Below are positions 1-13,100 of a DNA stretch of 64,000 nucleotides, piece after piece. The translations under genes were made by a program, and so were the position numbers. Source of the stretch: Macrostomum lignano (taxonomy: Eukaryota); contig NIVC01001763.1 of the NCBI GenBank assembly GCA_002269645.1, forward strand, positions 62,001 through 126,000. Reading direction: 5' to 3'. A model generated the notes under the pieces. That model ran no database searches and was not told where the DNA came from. It saw only the letters and a program-made list of their open reading frames with translations. Within the stretch, counting starts at the first letter, position 1, and each line of letters opens with the position of its first letter.

Positions 1-200
1 GATGTCCCAGCGGCCCAGGCTCGATTCCAAGTGCAGTCACATTAATTTGGGGCTAAGTGAGAATCTCGCCTTGGCTCTGCTCGTGCAATTAACGGCCTTG
101 AGGGCCAACCCCCAAGGCACATGGCAAGGAAGTGTACATGCCTCATGATAAATAAAGTTAGGGCCGCTGTACACCCCTGTGTGAGTGTGACATGTTTAAA
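1..200 (+). mobile_element. tRNA-derived SINE-like repeat, family 2 (5' end cut by the window edge)
   Basis: B-box-like GGCTCGATTCC at 18-28; positions ~1-80 closely match the reverse complement of ~15770-15850. Confidence 0.55.
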
Positions 201-831
201 ATGATTTTGAAATAGTTAACATTTGAGATAGTTTTGAGAAATTTATAGTGTGAGGGGCTGTGAGCTACTTATAGGCTTTGAGGCAGTCGAAAGACCGAAT
301 TTGGTATGCAAGTTGTACATGTCGGTGCGGGTGGGGGCTGAAGGCCCTCGGGGACAACGATTTGCCAGAGGCGCCAGGTGTAAGAGAGCCTAATTTAGCT
401 AATTATAAAATCAACACGGACAAAACGGGACAAAGATGAAAAATGATTGCCCACCTTGAAGCACCTGGCAAGACATAATCGAACTAACTAGAGCATAATA
501 TTATTGACAAGTTATAGCATTTTTGGAAGGGAATAGGGGAAAAACAAGCATATATCCCCCACTCCAAGTCGCTTCAAGCGGTACCCTGCATAATTTATTG
601 GCCAACCTTGGCGGACACCTGCAAGTCACCTGCAAGTCTGGAATGAAAAGCGGAGAGTTGACGAAAATCGAGAAAGCGACCTGCCTAATTTTTTATTCAA
701 GAACTAACTGCTTGAAATAGGCGCATTTGTTAGGAGCAATAAAAATTGCCTCTAATTTCGACTTAACTATCAGTTTATTCGGGGGGGGCGCAAAGAGGCT
801 GGATGTAGAGTAATATAGAGAAGATAGCGAA

Positions 832-1070
832 GCGAGGCGTGAATGGGGCAGAGAGGCGAGGCGTGGAGTGGGTGCAAAGGGGCAGAGAGGCGAGGCGTGG
901 GGTGGGTGCAAAGGGGCAGAGGCGAGGCGTGGGGTGGGTGCAGAGGGACAGAGGCGAGGCGTAGGGTGGGTGCAGAGGGACAGAGACAAGGCGTGGGGTG
1001 GGTGCAGAGGGGTAGAGAGACAAGGCGTGGGGTGGGTGCTGAGAGGCAGAAGGACGAGGCGTGGGTGGGT
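832..1070. repeat. ~32-34-bp G-rich minisatellite, ~7 copies, in a TRHR intron
   Basis: Unit ggggcagagaggcgaggcgtggggtgggtgcaaa. Confidence 0.85.
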
Positions 1071-1154
1071 GTTTAAAGGCGTGAAGAGATATATTGAGAG
1101 CGAAAAAAGAAAATGATAACCCTTCTGAAGCCTTCCGGTTCGCTCCATCCGCAG

Positions 1155-1885
1155 GTAGTCAAGATGCTATTCGTGGTAGTGACAATGTTCGCTTTCCTGT
1201 GGCTGCCTTACCGCCTGATGGTCGCCTACAACAGCTTCGCCGCCGCGGATCGCCGCCTCAACTCCGAGTGGTTCGTGGCCGTGAGTCGCCTGCTGATCTT
1301 TGTCAATTCGGCCATCAATCCGGTGATCTACAATGCCATGTCGGGAAAATTCCGGCGCGAATTCAAACGTCTCCTTCGATGCTCCGGTAGATTCTTATTG
1401 CTTAAATTGAGTTACATTTTGAAATTACTTGGTTAAAAGCTGTGGAGAACGTTTGTGCCTCCGTCACGGACGACCAGAAGTGAAAATCAATCAGAGTGAA
1501 ATTTTTAATGGGCTTTAGGGAAAATGAATACCTCTTTGTTATTTCTATCAGGACTCCGATTTATCAAGCGAAATTGCTTTGATTACTTTTACGACATTTT
1601 AGCTCGCTCGTAGAATCCATTAAATTTAATCACACCCGAGGAAAATAAGCATGCAATTCTACTTTTACAATTTGTCACGATTCAATGAAATTAAAATTAA
1701 AAAATGCTTCAATCTATGCAGGGAGCCGCGGCTTGAATGTTGGAAAGGCCCCGCGCGTCCACAACGGCAGCCCCTGCAGCCACTCGGCCGCTAAGCCGGA
1801 GCTCTCAGGCGGCGACGCCAATGATGGCAATGTTCAGCAGCTGCGGGAGATGTTGCGCCGCATGGAGGGTGCCAGATTCGGTTGA
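1155..1885 (+). CDS. TRHR: Thyrotropin-releasing hormone receptor-like class A GPCR, last coding exons (TM6-TM7 and C-tail); 5' part lies upstream of the window
   Basis: Exon 1155-1386 (acceptor ccgcAG, donor GT at 1387, phase 1) encodes VVKMLFVVVTMFAFLWLPYRLMVAYNSF...NSAINPVIYNAMSGKFRREF, matching the TRHR TM6 WxPYR, TM7 NSAINPVIY and helix 8. Phase-compatible exon 1722-1885 ends ...GARFG*. Terminal exon choice is less certain than the TM exon. Confidence 0.85.
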
Positions 1886-1934
1886 ACTGAGGTGCGTGTT
1901 GTCCGTTGAAAGCAGCTTGGGCTCGAGTGGGGCA

Positions 1935-3242
1935 GATAGAGGGACATGGCGCGAGGTGCTGAACGATAGAGAATCGATTAATTCTAGGGGCAGAGGGACA
2001 GGGCGTGAGGTAGGTGCTGAAGGATAGAGAATCGGGTTATTCTAGGGCGGAGGGACTGGGCGTGAGGTGAGTGCTGAGGGATAGAGAATCCGATTATTCT
2101 TGAGGCAGAGAGACAGGGCATGAGGTGGGTGCTGAGGGATAGAGAATCCAATTATTCTAGAGGCAGAGAGACAGGGCGTGAGGTGGGTGCTGAGGGATAG
2201 AGAATTCGATTATTCTAGAGGCAGAGAGACAGGGCGTGAGGTGGGTGCTGAGGGATAGAGAATCCGATTATTCTAGAGGCAGAGAGACAGGGCGTGAGGT
2301 GGGTGCTGAGAGATAGAGAATCCGATTATTCTTGAGGCAGAGAGACAGGGCGTGAGGTGGGTGCTGAGAGATAGAGAATCCGATTATTCTAGAGGCAGAG
2401 AGACAGGGCGTGAGGTGGGTGCTGAGAGATAGAGAATCCGATTATTCTAGAGGCAGAGAGACAGGGCGTGAGGTGGGTGCTGAGGGATAGAGAATCCGAT
2501 TATTCTTGAGGCAGAGAGACAGGGCGTGAGGTGGGTGCTGAGGGATAGAGAATCCGATTATTCTTGAGGCAGAGAGACAGGGCGTGAGGTGGGTGCTGAG
2601 GGATAGAGAATCCGATTATTCTTGAGGCAGAGAGACAGGGCGTGAGGTGGGTGCTGAGGGATAGAGAATCCGATTATTCTTGAGGCAGAGAGACAGGGCG
2701 TGAGGTGGGTGCTGAGGGATAGAGAATCCGATTATTTTTGAGGCAGAGAGACAGGGCGTGAGGTGGGTGCTGAGAGATAGAGAATCCGATTATTCTAGAG
2801 GCAGAGAGACAGGGCGTGAGGTGGGTGCTGAGAGATAGAGAATCCGATTATTCTAGAGGCAGAGAGACAGGGCGTGAGGTGGGTGCTGAGGGATAGAGAA
2901 TCCGATTATTCTTGAGGCAGAGAGACAGGGCGTGAGGTGGGTGCTGAGAGATAGAGAATCCGATTATTCTTGAGGTAGAGAGACAGGGCGTGAGGTGGGT
3001 GCTGAGGGATAGAGAATCCGATTATTCTTGAGGCAGAGAGACAGGGCGTGAGGTGGGTGCTGAGGGATAGAGAATCCGATTATTCTAGAGGCAGAGAGAC
3101 AGGGCGTGAGGTGGGTGCTGAGAGATAGAGAATCCGATTATTCTAGAGGCAGAGAGACAGGGCGTGAGGTGGGTGCTGAGAGATAGAGAATCCGATTATT
3201 CTAGAGGCAGAGACTGGACCGTGTGAGGTGGGTGCTGAGGGA
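1935..3242. repeat. 58-bp minisatellite, ~22 copies
   Basis: Unit agagagacagggcgtgaggtgggtgctgagggatagagaatccgattattcttgaggc. Confidence 0.95.
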
Positions 3243-4061
3243 TTGAGTTCAGGCTTGACCTATCTAAAATATTGTACAGTCAGCAATGGAGTTGGATTTC
3301 AAGATTCATTAGATTCTGTTTTACCTTTTGTTTGCTCAAAACTGTAAAGTTTTTGTTGCATTAATTTCCTGTTTTCGAAACTCTGAGTCGAGACTGACAA
3401 AGACGAACGGCTTAGTTTTGGCTACTGACTGGGCATGCCCGCGGGAAATTAATCCGGCGGTAGGTAGCATTTGCAGTAGCTTAATAGGGATTTGGGATCT
3501 TATCATCGATTATCCATCTTCTTTAGCAATAAGAGTGGATTAGCCAGCACCACCCCGCCCCCTAGAGACTGAAATCAAAGCAACAGCTGCAGATATGGAA
3601 TTAGATGATTTCCTTTGCACAGCTGTGGCCCAACTGATACTCGTAAATATGTTTATTTCAATTTTCGATCCAATCTGGTAAATTTTTGCGCAATCAATTT
3701 GAGCGAATGTGATTCAATCCCCAAAGGGAATTATGCGATATCGAAATATTCTGCCGAAATCATTTCAGATCGCCGATCGACAATGGGATTTTAATGGGCG
3801 GTCGATGCAGCCCGGCCTGGCGGCAATCAGCAGTGACACTCTCAAGCTTCAGCACATCTGTATTTCATGCATCAAAATCATTATGCAAACTCGCACTCAC
3901 TTCAACTGTCTATTATTTTTTTGCCTCCTTGAAGAGAAAAGCATACAAACAGATCTTCAAGATACTCTGGACCATATGGTCACTTTACCCATATAGAGAT
4001 AGCGAATACTATGGGTGTAGTGATAGTGGGAGATGGAAGGGAGAGAGATACATGTATAGGA

Positions 4062-4396
<335 letters not shown>

Positions 4397-4734
4397 CAGT
4401 TCAAGCTGAGGTTTATGCTATTCTCCTACACTGTTATTCTTAGACCCGACCCGCTAAAGACGCCGAACCATCAAATATTACTCCATGTACTTAAAACCAG
4501 AACAAAGCACGGAGCCCTAAGCCCTAAAATTACTAACTGTAATCTGCATATTTTCGAAAACTTAATTTTGCTTTTGTTTTTCTCTCTGCTGCAGACGCGT
4601 GAAAATCCACAACGTTGCAAAATAAAAACAAAATATAGAAAGCAATAAATATGAAGCTCTCTCTTCTCTAGTTTTCTGTTTTATTTTACAACTTAAGGTT
4701 AGCAAGCGCTATAAAATTTTGCTGAGGTTTTCCA

Positions 4735-5482
4735 CAGTTCACCCGCAGGACTGCCTCACCCACCCAGTTCACGCACAGGACTGCACCACCCGCCCAGTTC
4801 ACCCACAGGACTGCACCACCCACCCAGTTCACCCACAGGACTGCACCACCCGCCCAGTTCACCCACAGGACTGCACCACCCGCCCAGTTCACCCACAGGA
4901 CTGCACCACCCACCCAGTTCACCCACAGGACGGCACCACCCACCCAGTTAATACACAGGACTGCACCACTCACCCAGTTCACCCACAGGACTGCACCACC
5001 CACCCAGTTCACCCACAGGACTGCACCACCCACCCAGTTCACCCACAGGACTGCACCACCCACCCAGTTAATACACAGGACTGCACCACCCACCCAGTTC
5101 ACCCACAGGACTGCACCACCCACCCAGTTCACCCACAGGACTGCACCACCCACCCAGTTCACCCACAGGACTGCACCACCCACCCAGTTCACCCACAGGA
5201 CTGCACCACCCACACAGTTCTCCCACAGGACTGCACCACCCACCCAGTTCACCCACAGGACTGCACCACCCACCCAGTTCACCCACAGGACTGCACCACC
5301 CACCCAGTTCACCCACAGGACTGCACCACCCACCCAGTTCACCCACAGGACTGCACCACCCACCCAGTTCACCCACAGGACTGCACCACCCACCCAGTTA
5401 ATACACAGGACTGCACCACTCACCCAGTTCACCCACAGGACTGCACCACCCACCCAGTTCACCCACAGGACTGCCTCACCCA
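4735..5482. repeat. 30-bp minisatellite, ~25 copies
   Basis: Unit cacccagttcacccacaggactgcaccacc. Confidence 0.95.
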
Positions 5483-5938
5483 CTTTTCGAAGTACTCGTA
5501 AATAAGGTCAGAAGCCGGCGCATGAAAAATTCTTTAAAATCTGTTTGACCTTTCGTGTGAGAGCCGCATAGGTGCATGTTCTATCTCTATCAGTCAGTTA
5601 GAGTAAATAAAGTTTGGGATCAGCTGGCAGACGGGTTTAAACAGGATCTGGAGTTCAGCTTAGTCAGGGAAGTTGCCTTCAGCTCGCAGATGAAAATCCG
5701 CATTCTTATGGGAATTCGCAAACGGAGAGGGAGGCATTTAATTGAACCAGTTTGCCATCGCTACAGAATGCAGCGGCAGACTCTCTCGACTGAAGTCAAA
5801 GATGATGTAAAAAGAAATTGGCGGACGCTGGAGGCCCAGGCCCCACTTCATTGGTTATTTTGCGATGAAATTTCATTCCTAAATGACTGCAGAGTTTTGA
5901 AGTGCAGCTATTGAATTTAAAAACTGCGAAGAACTGCC

Positions 5939-7187
5939 ACGGCGACCCTGGACTTTTAAATCAACCCTGGATTTCTAAATCTACCCATGGGGGGATTTAA
6001 TAGGCGACCCTGGATTTCCAAATCTACCCATATATTTAATAGGCGACCCTGGATTTCTAAATCTACCCATGGATTTAATAGGCGACCCTGGATTTCTAAA
6101 TCTACCCATGGATTTAATAGGCGACCCTGGATTTCCAAATCTACCCATGGATTTAATAGGCGACCCTGGATTTCCAAATCTACCCATGGATTTAATAGGC
6201 GACCCTGGATTTCCAAATCTACCTATGGATTTAATAGGCGACCCTGGATTTCTAAATCTACCCATATATTTAATAGGCGACCCTGGATTTCTAAATCTAC
6301 CCATGGATTTAATAGGCGACCCTGGATTTCCAAATCTACCCATGGATTTAATAGGCGACCCTGGATTTCCAAATCTACCCATAGATTTAATAGGCGACCC
6401 TGGATTTCCAAATCTACCCATGGATTTAATAGGCGACCCTGGATTTCCAAATCTACCCATGGATTTAATAGGCGACCCTGGATTTCCAAATCTACCCATG
6501 GATTTAATAGGCGACCCTGGATTTCCAAATCTACCCATGGATTTAATAGGCGACCCTGGATTTCCAAATCTACCCATGGATTTAATAGGCGACCCTGGAT
6601 TTCCAAATCTACCCATGGATTTAATAGGCGACCCTGGATTTCCAAATCTACCCATGGATTTAATAGGCGACCCTGGATTTCCAAATCTACCTATGGATTT
6701 AATAGGCGACCCTGGATTTCCAAATCTACCTATGGATTTAATAGGCGACCCTGGATTTCCAAATCTACCTATGGATTTAATAGGCGACCCTGGATTTCCA
6801 AATCTACCCATGGATTTAATAGGCGACCCTGGATTTCCAAATCTACCCATGGATTTAATAGGCGACCCTGGATTTCCAAATCTACCCATGGATTTAATAG
6901 GCGACCCTGGATTTCCAAATCTACCCATGGATTTAATAGGCGACCCTGGATTTCCAAATCTACCCATGGATTTAATAGGCGACCCTGGATTTCAAATCTA
7001 CCTATGGATTTAATAGGCGACCCTGGATTTCTAAATCTACAAATGGATTTAATAGGCGACCCTGGATTTCCAAATCTACCCATGGATTTAATAGGCAACC
7101 CTGGATTTCCAAATCTACCCATGGATTTAATAGGCAACCCTGTATTTCTAAATCTACCGATGGATTTAATAGGCGACCCTAAATCCT
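5939..7187. repeat. 39-bp minisatellite, ~32 copies
   Basis: Unit ggcgaccctggatttccaaatctacccatggatttaata. Confidence 0.95.
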
Positions 7188-7717
7188 AGAGCTATAAGGG
7201 ATAGTTGAAGCCCTAATTGCGCCATCTCCAGGATTCTGACCGTCCTTATTAAAAAGGTTAACCTAAGATCATCAATCAATAATCATGAACAAGCCTATAA
7301 TTAAGGAAGAGCTACGGCTTCCAACGGGCTAGGCATATCATTTTGATCCAGCATAGCGACATCGTCTGCCTTCAACATCAAATACAAGATGTCTTGTTAG
7401 ACTGAGGCAGAGAGGCAACTGCAGCTGCAATCAACAGGACTTTAATACTCGTACCTGACAGAAAAGGGCTCCCAACTCGTCAAAAATACAGGAAGCAAAG
7501 TTTGCCTCTGAGAAAACGTAGCGCATCGTGAACGACACGCCTGACGAAAAACTTTCATCAAATTATCTGCCAAGTTATCTAACTTTTATCAAAGTCTGGG
7601 ACCGAGTTTTTATAAATGTCTTATTCTTAAGGAAAATGTTTTTTTTTAAAATGCAGCCCTTGAAACCGAAACCTTAATGTAGTTATCTGGGATATGATAA
7701 TCCGGTGGCCCAGCACT

Positions 7718-8408
7718 TAAGGATCTGGGAGGCTGACCAAGCAACTGAGGATCTGGGAGGCTGGCCCAGCAACTGAGGATCTGGGAGGCTGACCAAGCAA
7801 CTGAGGATCTGGGAGGCTGGCCCAGCAACTGAGGATCTGGGAGGCTGGCCCAGCAACTGAGGATCTGGGAAGCTGGCACAGCAACTGGCACTCTGGGAGG
7901 CTGGCCCAGCAACTGAGGATCTGGGAGGCTGGCCCAGCAACTGAAGATCTGATAGACTGGCCCAGCAAATGGGGATCTGGGAGGCTGACCCAGCAACTGG
8001 TACTATGGGAGGCTGGCCAAGCAACTGAGGATCTGCGAGGCTGGCCCAGCAACTGAGGATCTGGGAGGCTGGCCCAGCAACTGAGGATCTGGGAGGCTGG
8101 CCCAGCAACTGAGGATCTGCGAGGCTGGCCCAGCAACTGAGGATCTGGGAGGCTGGCCCAGCAACTGAGGATCTGCGAGGCTGGCCCAGCAACTGAGGAT
8201 CTGGGAGGCTGGCCCAGCAACTGGGGATCTGGGAGGCTGGCCCAGCAACTGAGGATCTGGGTGGCTGGCCCAGCAACTGAGGATCTGGGAGGCTGGCCCA
8301 GCAACTGACGATCTGGGAGGCTGGCCCAGCAACTGAGGATCTGGGAGGCTGGCCCAGCAACTGAGGATCTGGGAGGCTGGCCCAGTAACTAAGGATCTGG
8401 GAGGCTGG
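7718..8408. repeat. 28-bp minisatellite, ~24 copies
   Basis: Unit gaggatctgggaggctggcccagcaact; the same family occurs at 13870-14215. Confidence 0.95.
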
Positions 8409-9139
8409 CCGCTCAGTCCGACTAAGAATAGACAATAATGCAGCCGACAGCTGAGCCAGAAAGGCGAAGAATATAATGCGATCTTCGAACTTCAACAGCA
8501 CACGCTGTACACCGGTGGTCAGACATCTCAATAAAACCTCCCGAGATTCCATAGCTGCCCTGTCAGAGATCATCACCTTATCTAATGCCTCACGTGTGCG
8601 TTTCAGCACGTCTGACGCGATAAAGCTCGAGTGACAGTCCGGGAGTTGCAATAGTGCAGATGTACTAATAAGCATATGGATAGGTTTCGCCAGCTTTCAG
8701 CAGACAACTTGAAGACAAATGAAAAAAAGATAAGCCAGCACGGACGGAGACATCCAGCATATTTCGTGCACTGCTGATAAAGCTTAGATTATTATTTATT
8801 ATTGTACGAGTAAGAAACATTTGGCTCGCCTGAGCGAGTGAGAATCAGCAGCTCACTTCAGCGAGGCGGGCAATCACTCTGGATCAGTGCGGGTTTATTA
8901 CGATCATATTAATAGTACGGTGCTGGACAACAGAGGCAGTGAGAATGGTTAAAGCAGAAAACAGAGCCACAGTTGAAAAATAACATGGCCGCACAAATTT
9001 TCATAAACAGCCGGCACAACACTGAAGTTGACAACAGGAAGGAAGCAGGAAGCTGAGCAAACAGAGCGAAAAGGTAAATTGTACTGCGGTAAACAAACTG
9101 CCGACTGCCGGGGATTATAAAGCAACTGCTTAGGGAAAG

Positions 9140-9675
9140 AGGGGATGAGTCAGGGGATGAGTCAGGGGAGAGTCAGGGGATAAGTCAGGGGAGAGTCAGG
9201 GGATGAGTCAGGGGAGAGTCAGGGGATAAGTCAGGGGAGAGTCAGGGGATAAGTCAGGGGAGAGTCAGGGAGAGAAGAGTCAGGGGATAAGTCAGGGGAT
9301 AAGTCAGGGGAGAGTCAGGGGATAAGTCAGGGGAGAGTCAGGGGATAAGTCAGGGGAGAGTCAGGGAGAGAAGAGTCAGGGGAGAATAAGGGGAGAGTCA
9401 GGGGATAAGTCAGGGGAGAGTCAGGGAGAGAAGAGTCAGGGGAGAGTAAGGGGAGAGTCAAGGGATAAGTCAGGGGAGAGTCAGGGGAGAGTCAGGGGAT
9501 AAGTCAGAGAGTCAGGGGATAAGTGAGGGGAGAGTCAGAGGATAAGTCAGAGTCAGGGGATAGTCAGGAGATAAGTCAGGGGAGAGTAAGGGGAGAGTCA
9601 GAGGATAAGTCAGAGTCAGGGGAGAGTCAGGAGATAAGTCAGGGGAGAGTCAGGGGAGAGTCAGGGGAGAGGACA
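9140..9675. repeat. 13-14-bp purine-rich minisatellite
   Basis: Unit gagtcagggga(gag/taa). Confidence 0.9.
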
Positions 9676-10144
9676 ACACAAATCAGTCAGTCAGAAAGCA
9701 GCCAGCACAGGGGATGATGCCCAAGTGACTGACGCTTCACAAATAAAACGGTTTAAAACAGCCTGAAATCCAGGAATGCAGCACCAGTGAAAAAGTTGCG
9801 CATACAAAAGCGTCGTGAAATTTCAAAATTTTAATAAATTGAAGTCAAGCTAATATTAAACAAATGCTTTGTAAATGTAAATCAATAACAGTAGTAGAAA
9901 AAGGTTAATTAACAAAAATACCTGACCTATAATATTATTATAACCGGGAGATAACTATAGATTATAAATGTAGAAAATTGGTTATTAAAGTACATAAAAA
10001 TGCAAAACGCCAAGTCAATAAAAGCATTTTTAATGCATTGTAGTGCATGATAGTAAAGTTATTTATTTATTTATTTATTCTTTGGCTCTGCCCGCCAATC
10101 AGTGTGAAGTTCCCGCACACAGCCGCTGCTCTCGGTGAGACCAG

Positions 10145-13100
10145 CTAGCGACCCTGGCCGGTCACGGCGCCAGCATAAGAGCGGCCTGACGGAGCTCCGG
10201 CCTGCCGCTGCTGCTGCTGCTGCGGCGTCGGCAGCGACTTGGACGAAGCCGGCAGCGGTGGGGCGTCAGCAGCTCGATTGTTCACCGTCAGCGGCCGACG
10301 GTCGGGCAGGTCGCCAGAGGCGGACGCGGACTTTGTCGGGTCGGCCAGCTTGTTGGCGGCTACAGCGGCGAAAGTGGCGCGATTTGAAATTGCGCGCGCC
10401 TCCGAAGCTGAATTCTCCAACTCTGCAGCTTCAGGCTTCTTAACGACGGACTCGCCTGAATTAGCTTCAGGCTTCTTAACGACGGACTCGCCTGAATTAG
10501 CTTCAGGCTTCTTGGCGGCGGACTCGCCTGAAGCTTCATGCTTCTTGGCGGCGGATTCGCCTGAAGCTTCAGGCTTCTTTGCGGCGGATTCGCCTGAAGC
10601 TTCAGGCTTCTTAGCGGCGGATTCGCCTGAAGCTTCAGGCTTCTTAGCGGCGAATTCGCCTGAAGCTTCAGGCTTCTTAGCGGCGGATTCGCCTGAAGCT
10701 TCAGGCTTCTTAGCGGCGGATTCGCCTGAAGCTTCAGGCTTCTTGGCGGCGGATTCGTCTGAAGCTTCAGGCTTCTTGGCGGCGGCTTGAGGCTTTTTAG
10801 AAGCGCTTTTAGCTTTTTTCATAGATTTTTTCGAATTGTTGTCGCGTTTTGCCTTCGGCGCCTTCGTCTGAGCCGACGCTGGTCGTTCGGCAGACTTTGA
10901 CGCTGCCGACCTGCCACGGCCGCTGCCGCTATTGCCGCTGCAACTGCGCGGCAGCCTCAGCAGAGGCCGCGGCGGGCGAGGAATCTGCCGCAGCATTGAC
11001 ATCGGCTGCTGCTGCTGCTGCTGCTGCGGCCCGGGAGCCGTTGGGAACTTCGGCGACGAGGAGGCACGAAAACGCGGAACCTGCGGTCGCTGGCGGAACT
11101 GCTGATGATGCGGATTCTGGAACTGATGCTGCTGCCGCTGCGGAGGCGACGACTTGCTTGGAGCGGCAGCGTCGGCGCCGTTGGCGGAGGTCGCGACCAG
11201 TCGGCCGGCGAATTTCTCGTAGCCGGAGCGGCCGCGATTCTCCAGGGTGCGCTGGACTCGCTCGACCAGGCGCTGCATGGGCGGCACCAGCTGCTGCTCT
11301 TCCAGGCGCCTGGCGGAGGAGGAGGGAGCCAACGTTAAATGAATCGCCAACCAAGGCATAAACTGTTACAGACAGGATAACAGCAACTCAAGAGACTGTT
11401 ACAGACAGGAAAACAGCAACTCAAGAGGCTGTTACAGACAGGATAACAGCAACTCAAGAGGCTGTTACAGACAGGATAACAGCAACTCAAGAGGCTGTTA
11501 CAGACAGACAGGATAACAGCAACTCAAGAGGCTGTTACAGACAAAATAACAGCAACTCAAGAGGCTGTTACAGACAAAATAACAGCAACTCAAGAGGCTG
11601 TTACAGACAAAATAACAGCAACTCAAGAGACTGTTACAGACAGGAAAACAGCAACTCAAGAGGCTGTTACAGACAAAATAACAGCAACTCAAGAGGCTGT
11701 TACAGACAGACAGGATAACAGCAACTCAAGAGGCTGTTACAGACAGACAGGATAACAGCAACTCAAGAGGCTGTTACAGACAAAATAACAGCAACTCAAG
11801 AGGCTGTTACAGACAAAATAACAGCAACTCAAGAGACTGTTACAGACAGGAAAACAGCAAGGGCTCACTTGAAAGCGGGCAGCTGCTGCACCAATTTAGC
11901 CTTGCGCATCCCGTCCAGGTTGCGAGCGAAGCAGGCCGTGAACAAATCGTGGTCCTTGGCCAAGTTAAGCGCCGTCCGATAGAAGGGCTCCTCCGGTTCG
12001 GACACTCGTGAATAGGTTCGGCCAGCATTCTCTCCGGACACCGGACAGGGCAGGCTGACCCGGGCGCCGGGAAACGGATCCTCGCGGCCGCCCCGGTCCA
12101 GCAGGCGGCCGGTGAGGACGCAGACGGCGCTGGAAGCGAAGAAGCCGATGGTGGCGTACAGGCGGACCAGGCCGCAGAACTGCTCACCCAGCTGCTCTGT
12201 GCTCAGCGGCTCCGGCTGCCATTTGCGCAACGCCTCGGACACCTCGGATTTGCGATGGCCTCGGGCCAGGGCGCGAACTACGGACGGCGGTACCAGGCCG
12301 CCTGCGGCAGAGAGGACATGTGTTGATGTGAATAAACAAAGTGGCAGTGAGTCAGTGGGTCAATAATTCAGTGGGTCAATAATTCAGTGAGTCAATGATT
12401 TAGAAGGTCAATGATTCAGTGGGTCAATGACTTAATAGTGAGTCAATGATTCAATAGGTCAATGATTCAGTGGGTCAATGACTTAATAGTGAGTCAATGA
12501 TTCAATAGGTCAATGATTCAGTGGGTCAATTATACAGTGGGTCGATGATTCAGTGGGTCAATGACTTAGTAGTGAGTCAATGATTCAATAGGTCAATGAT
12601 TCAGTGGGTCAATGATTCAATAGGTCAATGATTCAATGGGTCAATGAATTGGTAGGTCAATGATTCAGTGGGTCAATTATACAGTGGGTCAATTAAAGTG
12701 GGTCAAGAGTGGGTCAATGAGTCAGTAGGTGAATGATTTATAAGGTCAATTATACAGTGGGTCACTGAGTGTGTCAATGATTCAGGGGTCAAGAGTGGGT
12801 CAACTAAAACGTGGGTCAGTGAGTGGGTCAATGAGTGGGTCATCAAGGCCGCACACTCACCCTGCTCCATGTGAAACAGCACCAGCAGGGCCACAGCGTA
12901 GCCGGTCAGCGCTCCCTTCCGCCTAATAAGCTGCCTGGACAGCGCCCACTCTCTCGTTACAACGGTCAGCAGGCGAAAAGCTTCGCTGAGCGAGGCCAGG
13001 CCGTTCAACAGGGCCGCGGCTCGCCTATGCTGCTGGCCGCCTCTGCCCAGCCTGACGGAGCAGCGCAGGTCAGCCTGCCGGTACACGCAGGTGACCACCG

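Noticed and set aside
7310-7400. KADDVAML on the minus strand, resembling a LINE RT YADD motif
   Set aside because: It lacks the Y/F before ADD, is bounded by stops within about 32 codons, and has no other RT motifs nearby.
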